Shown piece by piece: positions 19,351 to 28,780 of a DNA stretch of 64,000 bases. The DNA lies in NCBI GenBank assembly GCA_965221905.1, contig OZ244922.1, positions 1,088,001 to 1,152,000 of the forward strand, written 5' to 3'. The translations under genes and the position numbers were made by a program. Positions within the stretch are counted from its first letter, which is position 1. Each line of letters begins with the position of its first letter. A model generated the notes under the pieces. That model had not been told where the DNA came from. It made no database searches and worked only from the letters and a program-made list of their open reading frames with translations. This DNA is from Chloroflexota bacterium. GTDB taxonomy: Bacteria > Chloroflexota > UBA11872 > VXOZ01.

Positions 19351-20820
19351 TTGGCGTTGGTGCTTTGGCTGGTCGCCGTTGACGTGGCGGGCGCGGCATC
19401 GGGCACGCCGTGGCACGCCCAGACCGATTCGCTAACCGGAGAAGCACTGCCTGTCTGGGAGCTCTGGTTCAATGCCCTTGATTCAGAGACATGGGCGGAT
19501 GATCAGCAGGTGTGGGTCACCAGCAACCTGCCCTGGTTGGTAGCGCCGCATCCCACTACTGCAAACTCAGGTCTGGCGGCCAGTTCGCTAGGGGTTCACC
19601 GGACCATTGACGGCGGAGAGACCTGGGCCCACCTTCCAGGTATTGTGGATTCGGTTATTGCCATAGCCTATAACACGCAGAATGCGCAAATTGTATACGC
19701 CGGAACCGAGTTGGCCGGCACCTACCGCAGCGAAGACGGCGGGCTCTACTGGCGCAGTATCAACACCGGACTACCGAGCGACCGTCTCGGGCACGTGGCG
19801 GGCGCGGTGCACATTGCTACCGATCCAACGCAGTCCGGTACCCTCTTTGCCGCGACGACGACTGTGGGCGGCCTCTACCGATCGCAAGACGACGGCGCAA
19901 ACTGGCACCTGGCGAATAGCGGCTTGCCGGAGGAGTCCATACTTGGTCTTGCCGTCACGGAAAGCGGGTCGACGCGATTGTACGCTGCCGCGCCGAGTGG
20001 TCTCTATCTGTCGAATAATCGCGCCCAAGATTGGTCTCTGATTGGAGCACTGCCAATAGAGACGCCCCAGCAACTGCTCTTAGAGCCCAATGCGCTGGGG
20101 AATCTGCTCTTGGTGGCTGAAGACGCGATCTATCGCTCTACGAATGCCGGAGTAACTTGGATCGTTCTCGACATCCCGGCTGAAATGTCGCCTATCCGCA
20201 ATGTCATGTTTGCTACCAGTGGGGAGAGAGCCCTTCTCCTCGTGGCAGGAGAGAGCGGCCCGTACTGGCAGTGGTTTACGCCCGCCACACCGCAATCGCC
20301 CCCGCAAGCTGAATCTGAAGATGCGACATATAGCGAGATCACCGGACATACAATTAGAGAGCCCTTTCTCAGCTACTTCAATGCGCACGGCGGCGTAGTG
20401 CGATTCGGTTACCCCCGAACCGATGCCATCAGCGAGGATGGCAAGACAGTACAGTACTTCCAGCGGTCTCGATTGGAGATCGGGACGGATGAGGATGGCG
20501 ATCGCGTGGTGCAAAGTCCGCTCAGCTCAATTTTGCGATCCGGCGGGACTTCAACTGCCGGTTCCACGCAGTCGAATTCCACGCAAACGCAGTATGCCGT
20601 TGACCAGGTGTTCGCAAGCTACTACACCAACAACAGTGGTAGTGAAGCGTTTGGCAGCCCAATTTCTACGGCAGCGGATGAGGTGCAGGTGAACGGGGTT
20701 ACGCTTTATACGCAATACTTTGAGTTCGCGCGGCTCGAGCATCATCCCGGCGCCACGACTCCGGTTCTCTTGGGATTGATCGGTGACGAGTACTTAACGC
20801 AGAAAGGCTGGTTGGAATAA
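19351..20820 (+). CDS. Exported BNR/Asp-box beta-propeller protein with two C-terminal Chloroflexi-type surface repeats
   Basis: Repeated R[ST].DGG..W Asp-boxes. C-terminal TGHTI..PFL.YF..HGG...FGYP.T....QYFQR.RLE and a second FGSPI...QYFE.ARLE repeat. Start uncertain (frame open from 19177). Confidence 0.75.
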   Translation: MALVLWLVAVDVAGAASGTPWHAQTDSLTGEALPVWELWFNALDSETWADDQQVWVTSNLPWLVAPHPTTANSGLAASSLGVHRTIDGGETWAHLPGIVDSVIAIAYNTQNAQIVYAGTELAGTYRSEDGGLYWRSINTGLPSDRLGHVAGAVHIATDPTQSGTLFAATTTVGGLYRSQDDGANWHLANSGLPEESILGLAVTESGSTRLYAAAPSGLYLSNNRAQDWSLIGALPIETPQQLLLEPNALGNLLLVAEDAIYRSTNAGVTWIVLDIPAEMSPIRNVMFATSGERALLLVAGESGPYWQWFTPATPQSPPQAESEDATYSEITGHTIREPFLSYFNAHGGVVRFGYPRTDAISEDGKTVQYFQRSRLEIGTDEDGDRVVQSPLSSILRSGGTSTAGSTQSNSTQTQYAVDQVFASYYTNNSGSEAFGSPISTAADEVQVNGVTLYTQYFEFARLEHHPGATTPVLLGLIGDEYLTQKGWLE

Positions 20821-20825
20821 CGGCT

Positions 20826-22319
20826 ATGCGGCGCACTCGCATTGTTGCCACAATTGGACCGGCGTCGGCGAATGAAGAATCGCTGCGCGCCATGCTGCGG
20901 AGCGGCCTTGACGTAGCGCGCGTAAACTTCTCGCACGGCACCCACGAGACACAGGCCCAGACAATTGAGTTGCTTCGCCAGTTGGCGGCCTCGGAAGGCG
21001 CTAACCTGCCAATCATTGCCGATCTGCAGGGCCCGAAAGTGCGTGTAGGCACCATTGCCGATGCGCCGCTGCGGCTCCCGCCAGGCGGACAGCTAATTCT
21101 CACCGTAGACGGCGATGATACCGATGCGGCAGCGCGCCAGCGACTGCAGGATTACGCCAAATCGGTTGATCCCGAAGCACTCAGCAACGAAGTGGCGCCG
21201 GTGCGTTTCGCCGGGCTTGCTGCGGAAACGCGACCGGGCGACACCATTCTGCTCGACGATGGATTGATCGCGGTGGAGGTGGTAGCGATACGCGTTGAAT
21301 CAGGACAAACGGCAGTCGTCACGCGCGTGGTCCGCGGCGGTGAACTCGTGAGTGGCAAGGCGGTCGTCGTGAGGGGCAAGAGTCTCAACTTGCCCAGTCT
21401 CACCGCGAAGGACTGGGAAGACGTGCGTTTTGCCGTTGAACAAGAGGTGGATTGGGTAGCGCTTTCCTACGTACGTTCTGCCACGGATGTCGAAATTCTG
21501 CGGCAACTAATGCTGAACTATGGCGCGAAGATTCCGATAGTTGCAAAGATCGAGACCCAGGAGGCAATCGCCAACTTCGACGACATCTTGGTCGCAGCGG
21601 ACGGCATCATGGTGGCGCGTGGAGATCTGGGCGTGCAAGTGCCGCCGGAAGAGGTGCCGTTGCATCAAAAGGCTATCATTCAGAAGACGCGCGTACGGGG
21701 AAAACCGGTCATTACGGCCACGCAGATGCTCGAGTCGATGATGCAGCATCCCGTGCCAACACGGGCAGAGGCCAGCGACGTGGCGAATGCAATCTTGGAT
21801 GGTAGTGACGCAGTGATGCTCTCCGGAGAAACTGCCGTCGGCCCATATCCGGTTGAGGCCGTGGCGGTTATGGCACGCATTGCAACCAGCGTCGACCCAC
21901 ACGTGGAGAGTTTTGCCGCAATTGACGCCAGCGATGCCACCGACGCGATTGCGACCGCGACGCATCGTATAGCGGAAGAGCTGGGTGCAACCGCGGTCAT
22001 TGCCCTCACGCAATCGGGATACACTGCCCGCATGCTGGCTCGCTTGCGTCCCCACGTGCAACTGCTTGCGGTAACGCCCGACTTGTCTGTGTGGCGCCAG
22101 CTTGCCCTTAGCTGGGGAACGGTGCCATTGCTGGCATCAGTGAAGTCGGACACCGACATGGCGATGCGGGAAGCCGTGGCGCTGGCAAAGCGTGCAGGCC
22201 ACGTGAAGGACGGCGATACGGTCGTCTTTACGGCAGGCATGCCGTTTGGCGTGGGCGGCACCACAAACTTGATTCGCATCCATGAGATCGGTCAGTCATT
22301 GAGTCTCAAGAGTGACTAG
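20826..22319 (+). CDS. pyk: Pyruvate kinase
   Basis: IVATIGPA, R.NFSHG, DLQGPK.R, KIE, MVARGDLG, ATQMLESM and DAVMLSGETA motifs. Confidence 0.97.
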   Translation: MRRTRIVATIGPASANEESLRAMLRSGLDVARVNFSHGTHETQAQTIELLRQLAASEGANLPIIADLQGPKVRVGTIADAPLRLPPGGQLILTVDGDDTDAAARQRLQDYAKSVDPEALSNEVAPVRFAGLAAETRPGDTILLDDGLIAVEVVAIRVESGQTAVVTRVVRGGELVSGKAVVVRGKSLNLPSLTAKDWEDVRFAVEQEVDWVALSYVRSATDVEILRQLMLNYGAKIPIVAKIETQEAIANFDDILVAADGIMVARGDLGVQVPPEEVPLHQKAIIQKTRVRGKPVITATQMLESMMQHPVPTRAEASDVANAILDGSDAVMLSGETAVGPYPVEAVAVMARIATSVDPHVESFAAIDASDATDAIATATHRIAEELGATAVIALTQSGYTARMLARLRPHVQLLAVTPDLSVWRQLALSWGTVPLLASVKSDTDMAMREAVALAKRAGHVKDGDTVVFTAGMPFGVGGTTNLIRIHEIGQSLSLKSD

Positions 22320-22356
22320 AACTTGCCTCATAAATACATTGCTCTGTGTAGGCCTG

Positions 22357-22506
22357 CCCTTCGACCCTTTGTCAAGCTCAGGACAGGCAGGCTCAGAGCG
22401 TGCCCCGTACTCGATACAGCGTATCGACACGATACGGGGGCGAACGGAAAAGTCAAGAATCCGTTCGTGCTGAGTGCTGCGCGAAGCCCTTATCGAAGCA
22501 CGAATC
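22357..22506. repeat. Nested cluster of family E-like and other palindromes
   Basis: The outer gcccttcgac|aggctcagagcg|aacgg element is interrupted by two palindromic inserts, followed by an opposite-orientation copy at 22461-22506. Confidence 0.7.
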
Positions 22507-22684
22507 CGCTATCGAACCGGTTTATGAGATAGCTTCTAGACGTTCTCGTTTGTATGGCAGAAGGCTTCTCTCTAGGGCTTGCGCACAAGGTCCCGTCCTG
22601 AGCGAGACTCAACGGTAAACTAGAGTCGCATTGATGCGGGTCTCTGCAGCTAAGAGTTGCCGCGCCACTATACGGAGCGAGAAT

Positions 22685-24430
22685 ATGCACCCGGGCACTC
22701 AACCCCTGGGGGTCTACCTGCAGCAAGGGAGCTGCGCGACACGCAGTGCGTACATCCTGGAGATTCTGGCTCACGCGGGCGTTCCTTTCACGCGTGTAGA
22801 TGCAGCCACGCTGCCGGATGCGCTGCAAACGCTCAAGGTGATCATCCTGCCCCACCACGGGGTCACAACACCGGAAATGGGCAGGCTCTATGGTTTCGTA
22901 GCGGCCGGCGGCGCTCTGATTGGACTGGGCGGCACGAGCGGCCTGGACGACCTCTTCGGCGTGCGCACGCAAACCGGCGCTCACGAAGCGTTTCTCCAGG
23001 TCACCCAGCCGAACCATCCGCTGGTGCGTGATCTTCACTCGTCGCTGCACGTTTGGGACGCCGTTACAGCACGGGCGGCGGGCGCTAGCGTGCTAGCCAA
23101 TCTCTGCGATGTCGCACAGAAGCGCATTGGCGTTGGTGTGAGCGTCTACCGACTCCAACAGGGGTTGAGCGTCTACTGCGCAGCGGATTTTCCCTGGTGC
23201 ATCCTGCACATGTTGCAGGGAAAGTCCGTGCAGCATGACGGCGAACCCGCGCCGGACGGCACGGCGCAGATTGACGAGGGAATTCTCAAGTGCGACGACG
23301 GCATCGTCTTGGACTGGGATGTGGACCGCGCGTCCGATACTGAGGTGCCGTACTTCCGCGAAGCCGTCGGCGACGAACTGCGCGCCATCCTGCTGCGCAG
23401 CATCTTCTATTGCGCGCTGCATACCGGGACCGCGCTCCCGTTGCTTTGGTATTGGCCGGGCGAGTTAGAAGCGGTGGCGCACCTTTCCCACGACTCAGAC
23501 AACAACATCGAGGAGCGTGCCTTCCAACTTCTGGAGAACACGCGAAAGCTCGACGTCCACTCCACGTGGTGCATTCAGTACCCCGGCTACACATCTAAAC
23601 TCTATGGGGCGGTGGCGGCGTACGGCAGCGAACTGTGCCTCCACTACGACGCTTTGTCCGGCGAGGAACCTACGCGGTGGAATTATGGCGATCTTGTCTT
23701 TCAGTGGGAGTTCCTGCGCCGGGAAGCCGGACTCGACGTAATTACGAGCAACAAGAACCACTACACCCGCTGGCAGGGCTGTCTGGAGTTCTTCCACTGG
23801 CTGGAGCAGGTGGGTATTCGTTTAGATCAGACGAAAGGCCCCTCCAAGCGCGGCAATACAGGTCATCTCTTTGGCAGTACGCATCCCTGGTTCCCAATGG
23901 ACCCGGAATCGGGCAGAGTATACGACGTACTCGAAGTCAATCTCTTGACACAGGACATGGTGCACCCGGTCGACGATCCGGATGCGCCGATCGGCCAGTT
24001 TGCGCCGTACAGCATCGCTGAGCCGCTGGTGGACCGGGTAAAGCACCACTATGGCGTTGCGCATTACCTCTTTCATCCGCACCATGTCTTCCGGCCCGGT
24101 GTGCCGACGGCTATGGCAGACGTGGTGGGATATGCGCGGGAGCAAGGCTTGCCGTGGTGGACTGCGCAGCAGATAAACGATTGGGAGCGCAGCCGCCGTA
24201 TGGTAGCGTTCGGCGACATGAGCGAATCCGGAGCTAGACTCCACGTCGGCGCTCCTCTTGATGATGCCACGCTCCTCGTGCTGGTAGCCGACAATTGGCA
24301 AGGCGATGTTCTCATTGACGGCCGGTCGGTGGCTGCACGGAGTGTCGATCGCTACGGCTTTCGGTTCCAGGCGGTTACACAGACGTTAGACGCCGGAGAG
24401 CACCAGGTGCGGTGGGATGGAGCCGTTTGA
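22685..24430 (+). CDS. Hypothetical protein: class-I GATase-like N-domain plus polysaccharide deacetylase-like domain
   Basis: VIILP...L..FVAAGG.LI.LG at the N-terminus, then SHDSD, ELCLH, NH and LFHP motifs resembling NodB/CE4-like barrels. Confidence 0.55.
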   Translation: MHPGTQPLGVYLQQGSCATRSAYILEILAHAGVPFTRVDAATLPDALQTLKVIILPHHGVTTPEMGRLYGFVAAGGALIGLGGTSGLDDLFGVRTQTGAHEAFLQVTQPNHPLVRDLHSSLHVWDAVTARAAGASVLANLCDVAQKRIGVGVSVYRLQQGLSVYCAADFPWCILHMLQGKSVQHDGEPAPDGTAQIDEGILKCDDGIVLDWDVDRASDTEVPYFREAVGDELRAILLRSIFYCALHTGTALPLLWYWPGELEAVAHLSHDSDNNIEERAFQLLENTRKLDVHSTWCIQYPGYTSKLYGAVAAYGSELCLHYDALSGEEPTRWNYGDLVFQWEFLRREAGLDVITSNKNHYTRWQGCLEFFHWLEQVGIRLDQTKGPSKRGNTGHLFGSTHPWFPMDPESGRVYDVLEVNLLTQDMVHPVDDPDAPIGQFAPYSIAEPLVDRVKHHYGVAHYLFHPHHVFRPGVPTAMADVVGYAREQGLPWWTAQQINDWERSRRMVAFGDMSESGARLHVGAPLDDATLLVLVADNWQGDVLIDGRSVAARSVDRYGFRFQAVTQTLDAGEHQVRWDGAV

Positions 24431-24530
24431 CGCGAGAGGGCGCCTGAAGCTGCCCAGGCTGTGCGTCTTGCGTGAAGCACCACCTTTTTGGATGTGCGTG
24501 AGCCGCAGGCTTTGTTCTGCGACTTTCACA

Positions 24531-24627
24531 TGTCACCACGAACGGAGTGAGGGGTCCAGAGTGTTGTCGCTTGGGGATTTCTGTCTTGCGCGAAAATCCT
24601 AGATTCCTCGGTGCGCTTGGAGTGACA
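24531..24627. repeat. REP-like palindrome, family A
   Basis: tgtcac...gagtgagggg...cctagattcctcggtgcgcttggagtgaca. Confidence 0.6.
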
Positions 24628-24815
24628 GGTCTACGCGCACCTCGCGCTGCCGCACCACCATTGCCTATTTCCCTGCCAATTGGAGCATACAAGTGACACT
24701 AGGCATCCCGTGTTATTTGCACGCGTTGAACAGCAAGCATGTATCTCTCCGGAACCATCGGCCACGTCTAGCAACTTGCTTTCCAAATCCGGTAGGATAG
24801 AGCGGGAGAAAGTAG

Positions 24816-25307
24816 ATGCGCATTGTAATCGGCGCCGATCACAACGGACTGGCCAGTAAGGGCACGGTGAGGCAGTGGCTTGAGGCTGCGGGTCACTCTG
24901 TGGTTGACGTTGGCCCGCATCAGCATGATCCGGACGACGATTACCCGGATTTTGCTCGCATGCTTGGCGAAACACTGCAGCGCGGTGAGGCGGATCGCGG
25001 CATCCTGCTTTGCGGCAGCGGTGTGGGCGCAAGCATTGCGGCGAACAAGATGCGCGGCATTCGTGCGGGTCTCTGTCACGATGTGTATTCGGCACATCAA
25101 GCCGTTGAGCATGATAATGTGAACGTGCTGTGCTTAGGCCCTCGAATTGTCGGCCCGGCACTGATGGAAGAGTTGGTGACGGCATTCCTGTCTGCCGAGT
25201 TTACCGGTGAAGAGCGGCACGTCCGCCGCCTTGCTAAAGTGACGGCATTGGAGCAGGCAGAACGAGAAGCCGGTCTGGGTCAGCCGGAGGAATTGGAGGC
25301 GCCGTAG
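24816..25307 (+). CDS. rpiB: Ribose 5-phosphate isomerase B
   Basis: IGADHNG, DYPD, CGSGVG.SIAANK, EHDN.NVLCLG and RH.RR motifs. Confidence 0.96.
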   Translation: MRIVIGADHNGLASKGTVRQWLEAAGHSVVDVGPHQHDPDDDYPDFARMLGETLQRGEADRGILLCGSGVGASIAANKMRGIRAGLCHDVYSAHQAVEHDNVNVLCLGPRIVGPALMEELVTAFLSAEFTGEERHVRRLAKVTALEQAEREAGLGQPEELEAP

Positions 25308-25389
25308 GGTGCGCCGTTTGGTGTTTCGTTGGCGCCTTGACGGTGTGGCTGTTAAGGGTGGGATGGTATGAGCGGCACGGAGAAGAATA

Positions 25390-25488
25390 TGGATTTCCGC
25401 TTTCGCGGGAAAGATGGAATGAATAGCGGGAATGACGGATTAGGCGGCTGAAGTGACGGATTGAGCGACAGCAATGACGAATCGGGCG
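25390..25488. repeat. Family B (dRS3-like TTCCCGC....GCGGGAAT) palindrome followed by 4 degenerate 21-bp units
   Basis: Units start at 25405, 25426, 25447 and 25468. Related palindromes at about 7667-7687 and 28490-28514. Confidence 0.6.
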
Positions 25489-25603
25489 ATGTGTATCGCT
25501 GATAATGATGGTAGGGTTACTGCTTGCGCTTGGCAAGGATGAAACGGTTCTCTTAGTTCTTACTCGACCGAAACATTTACCTGGCAGCAAATAGGAGGTA
25601 GCT

Positions 25604-26731
25604 ATGGCAGAAAGAAATAGACTCGTGCAATTACAGGACTTTGACCAGAGTGTGTGGCTGGATAGCATCAGCCGCGGCCTTGTGCAATCAGGCCAACTTC
25701 AAGCTCTAGTCGATAACGACGGCCTACGGGGGATGACGTCGAATCCCGCCATCTTCGAGAAGGCGATCAGCGGCAGCGACGACTACCGCGACCAGTTGCG
25801 CGCACTCCATGCCGCCGGCAAGAGTACGGTGGAAATCTACGAGGCGGTCGCGATAACCGACATCCAGTCGGCGTGCGACGTGCTGCGTCCGGAGTACGAT
25901 GCCAGCGACGGCGAGCACGGCCTGGTCAGTCTTGAGGTGTCGCCCGAACTCGCCTTCGATACGGAGGGCACAATCGCTGAGGTGCGAAGACTCTGGCAGC
26001 AGGTGGACCGCCCGAACTTGATGATCAAGATTCCGGCAACTGATGAGGGCGTGCCGGCGGTGCAGCAGATGCTCACCGAGGGACACAATGTAAACATCAC
26101 GCTGATGTTTTCACTCACCGACTACGACAATGTGGCCGAAGCCTATATATCCGCTCTGGAAGCACGCGCGGCGGCGGGCAAGCCCATCGACCGGATCGCT
26201 TCAGTAGCCAGCTTCTTCGTGAGCCGCATCGACACCTTGGCTGACGAAATGCTCGAGGTGCGAGTCCAAGCCGGCGAAACGCGTGCGCAGGAACTCATGG
26301 GTCAGGTGGCGATCGCCAACGCGAAGGTTGCCTACCGGCATTTCTTGGAATTCTTCAAGTCCGAGCGCTTCCGAAAGCTGGAAGCGCAAGGCGCGCGCGT
26401 ACAGCGTGTGCTGTGGGCGAGCACCAGCACGAAGAATCCGGCTTACTCAGACGTGATGTACGTGGATACCCTCATCGGCCCGCACACGGTGAATACCTTG
26501 CCGGACGACACCATGGACGCGTTTCGCGATCACGGCACACTTGCCCAAACGGTAGATACGGGTGCGGCAGAAGCGCAGGCCGTGTTGGACGCCCTTTCAG
26601 CCGTTGGTGTTGACTACCACGCCATGACGCGGCAGCTCCAGCAAGAAGGTGTGGACAAGTTCGTGCAGCCCTACCACGCTCTGCTCGAACGGATAGAGCA
26701 GGTGTGCGCAGAGTTGGTCGCCGCGACATAG
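25604..26731 (+). CDS. tal: Transaldolase (type 2)
   Basis: VWLD, G.TSNP.IF, SLEV.P, MIKIPAT, N.TL.FS, SFFVSR.D and LWAST.TK motifs. Confidence 0.96.
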   Translation: MAERNRLVQLQDFDQSVWLDSISRGLVQSGQLQALVDNDGLRGMTSNPAIFEKAISGSDDYRDQLRALHAAGKSTVEIYEAVAITDIQSACDVLRPEYDASDGEHGLVSLEVSPELAFDTEGTIAEVRRLWQQVDRPNLMIKIPATDEGVPAVQQMLTEGHNVNITLMFSLTDYDNVAEAYISALEARAAAGKPIDRIASVASFFVSRIDTLADEMLEVRVQAGETRAQELMGQVAIANAKVAYRHFLEFFKSERFRKLEAQGARVQRVLWASTSTKNPAYSDVMYVDTLIGPHTVNTLPDDTMDAFRDHGTLAQTVDTGAAEAQAVLDALSAVGVDYHAMTRQLQQEGVDKFVQPYHALLERIEQVCAELVAAT

Positions 26732-26733
26732 CA

Positions 26734-28422
26734 ATGGCAAGGCAAACCGACACCGCAGACGCTGCGATTGCGCAGTCGTTGGCGACGCTCGCGCAGACAG
26801 ACGTAGGCGTACGCCTCTGGCAAAAAGATGCCGGTCTTTGGTCTGACGATCCACAGACTCAAGCGTCAATTCGCAACCGCTTGGGCTGGCTGGACGTGGT
26901 GGCGGACGTGCGGCGATCCGGGTTGGAGGAGATCTCGTCCGTCGCCAACGCAGCACGGGCAGAAGGCTTCACCGATGTTGTAGTTCTTGGCATGGGCGGC
27001 AGCAGTCTCTGTCCCGATGTCTGCCGCGCTACTTTTGGCACGGCGCCCGGCTGGTTACAGCTTCATGTCTTAGATAGCACTCATCCGATCGCTGTGCGGG
27101 CAGTGTATGATGCCGTCGACGTGAAGCGTACGCTCTTCGTGGTATCGAGCAAGTCCGGCACTACCGGCGAATCGAATGCCTTCTTCAGCTACTTCTGGGA
27201 TCAGGTTGCGCAGTCCGGGACCCCATCACCCGGCGCGAACTTCATTGCCATTACCGATCCCGGCACGCCTCTGGAAGAGGAAGCCACTGCGCGCGGCTTT
27301 CGTCACGTCTTCCGCAATCCCGCTGACATCGGCGGCCGGTATTCGGCGCTTTCGTTCTTCGGCTTGGTTCCCATGGCCCTCATCGGCATGGACGTGGCCG
27401 ACTTTCTTGAGCGTGCTGCAACAATGACACGGCGCTGTGGGCCGAACATTGCCGCAGTCGACAATCCCGGCTTTGTGTTGGGTGTTCAAATTGCGACCTA
27501 TGCCCGGCGGGGGCGAGACAAGCTCACGCTCGTTTGCGCGCCGGAAATCAATACGCTGGGTTGGTGGCTCGAGCAGCTTGTGGCCGAGAGTCTCGGCAAA
27601 CAAGGAGTGGGCGTGGTCCCGGTGGAAGGCGAGGAACTTTGCGAACCGGAGATGTACGGCGCTGATAGGGTCTTTGTGCACATTGGTCTGCCAGGCGCAG
27701 ACAAAGGCACAGTGGCGGAGCAGCTCAAGTCGCTTGCAGTGGCCGGACACCCGGTTATCAGTCTGGAGATGACGGATCGAATGGACTTGGGGCAAGAATT
27801 CTTCCGTTGGGAAGTGGCAACAGCAGTCGCCGGCCACCTGCTGGGCGTCAACCCTTTCGATGAGCCGAACGTCAAAGAGAGCAAGGACAACACCGCCGCG
27901 CTCTTGCAGACATACCGGGAGGATGGCGCGCTTCCTGATGAGAGCCCGGCAGTCGCTCAAGGTGCGCTAACCCTCTATGGCGATTGTGAGGGTGAGACGG
28001 TTGCGGAAGCGTTGCACGGGTTCCTCAAACAGGTAGCGCCCGGCGACTACGTTGCGCTGATGGCGTATCTGCCGCAGGACGGCGCAGTCCATGACCGTTT
28101 GCACGCTATCCGCCACGCGCTTCGCGCCGCCACACGAGCGGCCACCACGCTGGGCTACGGGCCGCGGTTCCTCCACTCCACGGGACAACTGCACAAAGGC
28201 GGCCCCAATTCTGTAGCGTGTCTGCAACTTACTGCCGCCATTGCCGTTGACGTGCCGATACCCGGTGCGCCTTATTCGTTTGGCACGTTCATCCAGGCGC
28301 AGGCGATCGGGGACATGCGCTCCTTGCAGGGACACGGGCGGCGCGTGCTACGCGTTCACCTCGGTGCGGACTACGAGCAGGGCCTCGCTGCAATCGAGCA
28401 CGTGCTTCGTGCAGAGTATTGA
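26734..28422 (+). CDS. pgi: Glucose-6-phosphate isomerase (type found fused to Tal)
   Basis: GMGGSSL, SKSG.T.E, TDPG, GGRYSALS, EQL.AES.GK, NPFDEP.V..SK and GPRFLHSTGQLHKGG motifs. Confidence 0.92.
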   Translation: MARQTDTADAAIAQSLATLAQTDVGVRLWQKDAGLWSDDPQTQASIRNRLGWLDVVADVRRSGLEEISSVANAARAEGFTDVVVLGMGGSSLCPDVCRATFGTAPGWLQLHVLDSTHPIAVRAVYDAVDVKRTLFVVSSKSGTTGESNAFFSYFWDQVAQSGTPSPGANFIAITDPGTPLEEEATARGFRHVFRNPADIGGRYSALSFFGLVPMALIGMDVADFLERAATMTRRCGPNIAAVDNPGFVLGVQIATYARRGRDKLTLVCAPEINTLGWWLEQLVAESLGKQGVGVVPVEGEELCEPEMYGADRVFVHIGLPGADKGTVAEQLKSLAVAGHPVISLEMTDRMDLGQEFFRWEVATAVAGHLLGVNPFDEPNVKESKDNTAALLQTYREDGALPDESPAVAQGALTLYGDCEGETVAEALHGFLKQVAPGDYVALMAYLPQDGAVHDRLHAIRHALRAATRAATTLGYGPRFLHSTGQLHKGGPNSVACLQLTAAIAVDVPIPGAPYSFGTFIQAQAIGDMRSLQGHGRRVLRVHLGADYEQGLAAIEHVLRAEY

Positions 28423-28780
28423 CTACTCAATAGCAAGATAGTCCTCAATAGGCCAACCTCTAGCGAACCGGCCCGCAGCGATTCGGCCCGTCATTCCCGC
28501 AAAAACGGGAAACTGTTTTGCTATCTTGTGTGCGAATAGCTACACGTCAAGAGTGGAGCAAAAGCCCCCCGCGCTACGGTCAAGTCTGCATCCCCGCGGT
28601 TGGTGGCTTCTTGGGTCTCGGGTGTAAGTCCTCGTTTGCATAGTTTCACTCAATTCACTATGCTGCTGGGATACGTGGCAATGTCTGCGCCGTGCTCACA
28701 TGGAACGGCAGGAGGTTGCGGCGTACACGCTATAATGGGTTGCAAGATAGATGCTAACAGCCAAAGAGGGGAAGGCATCA

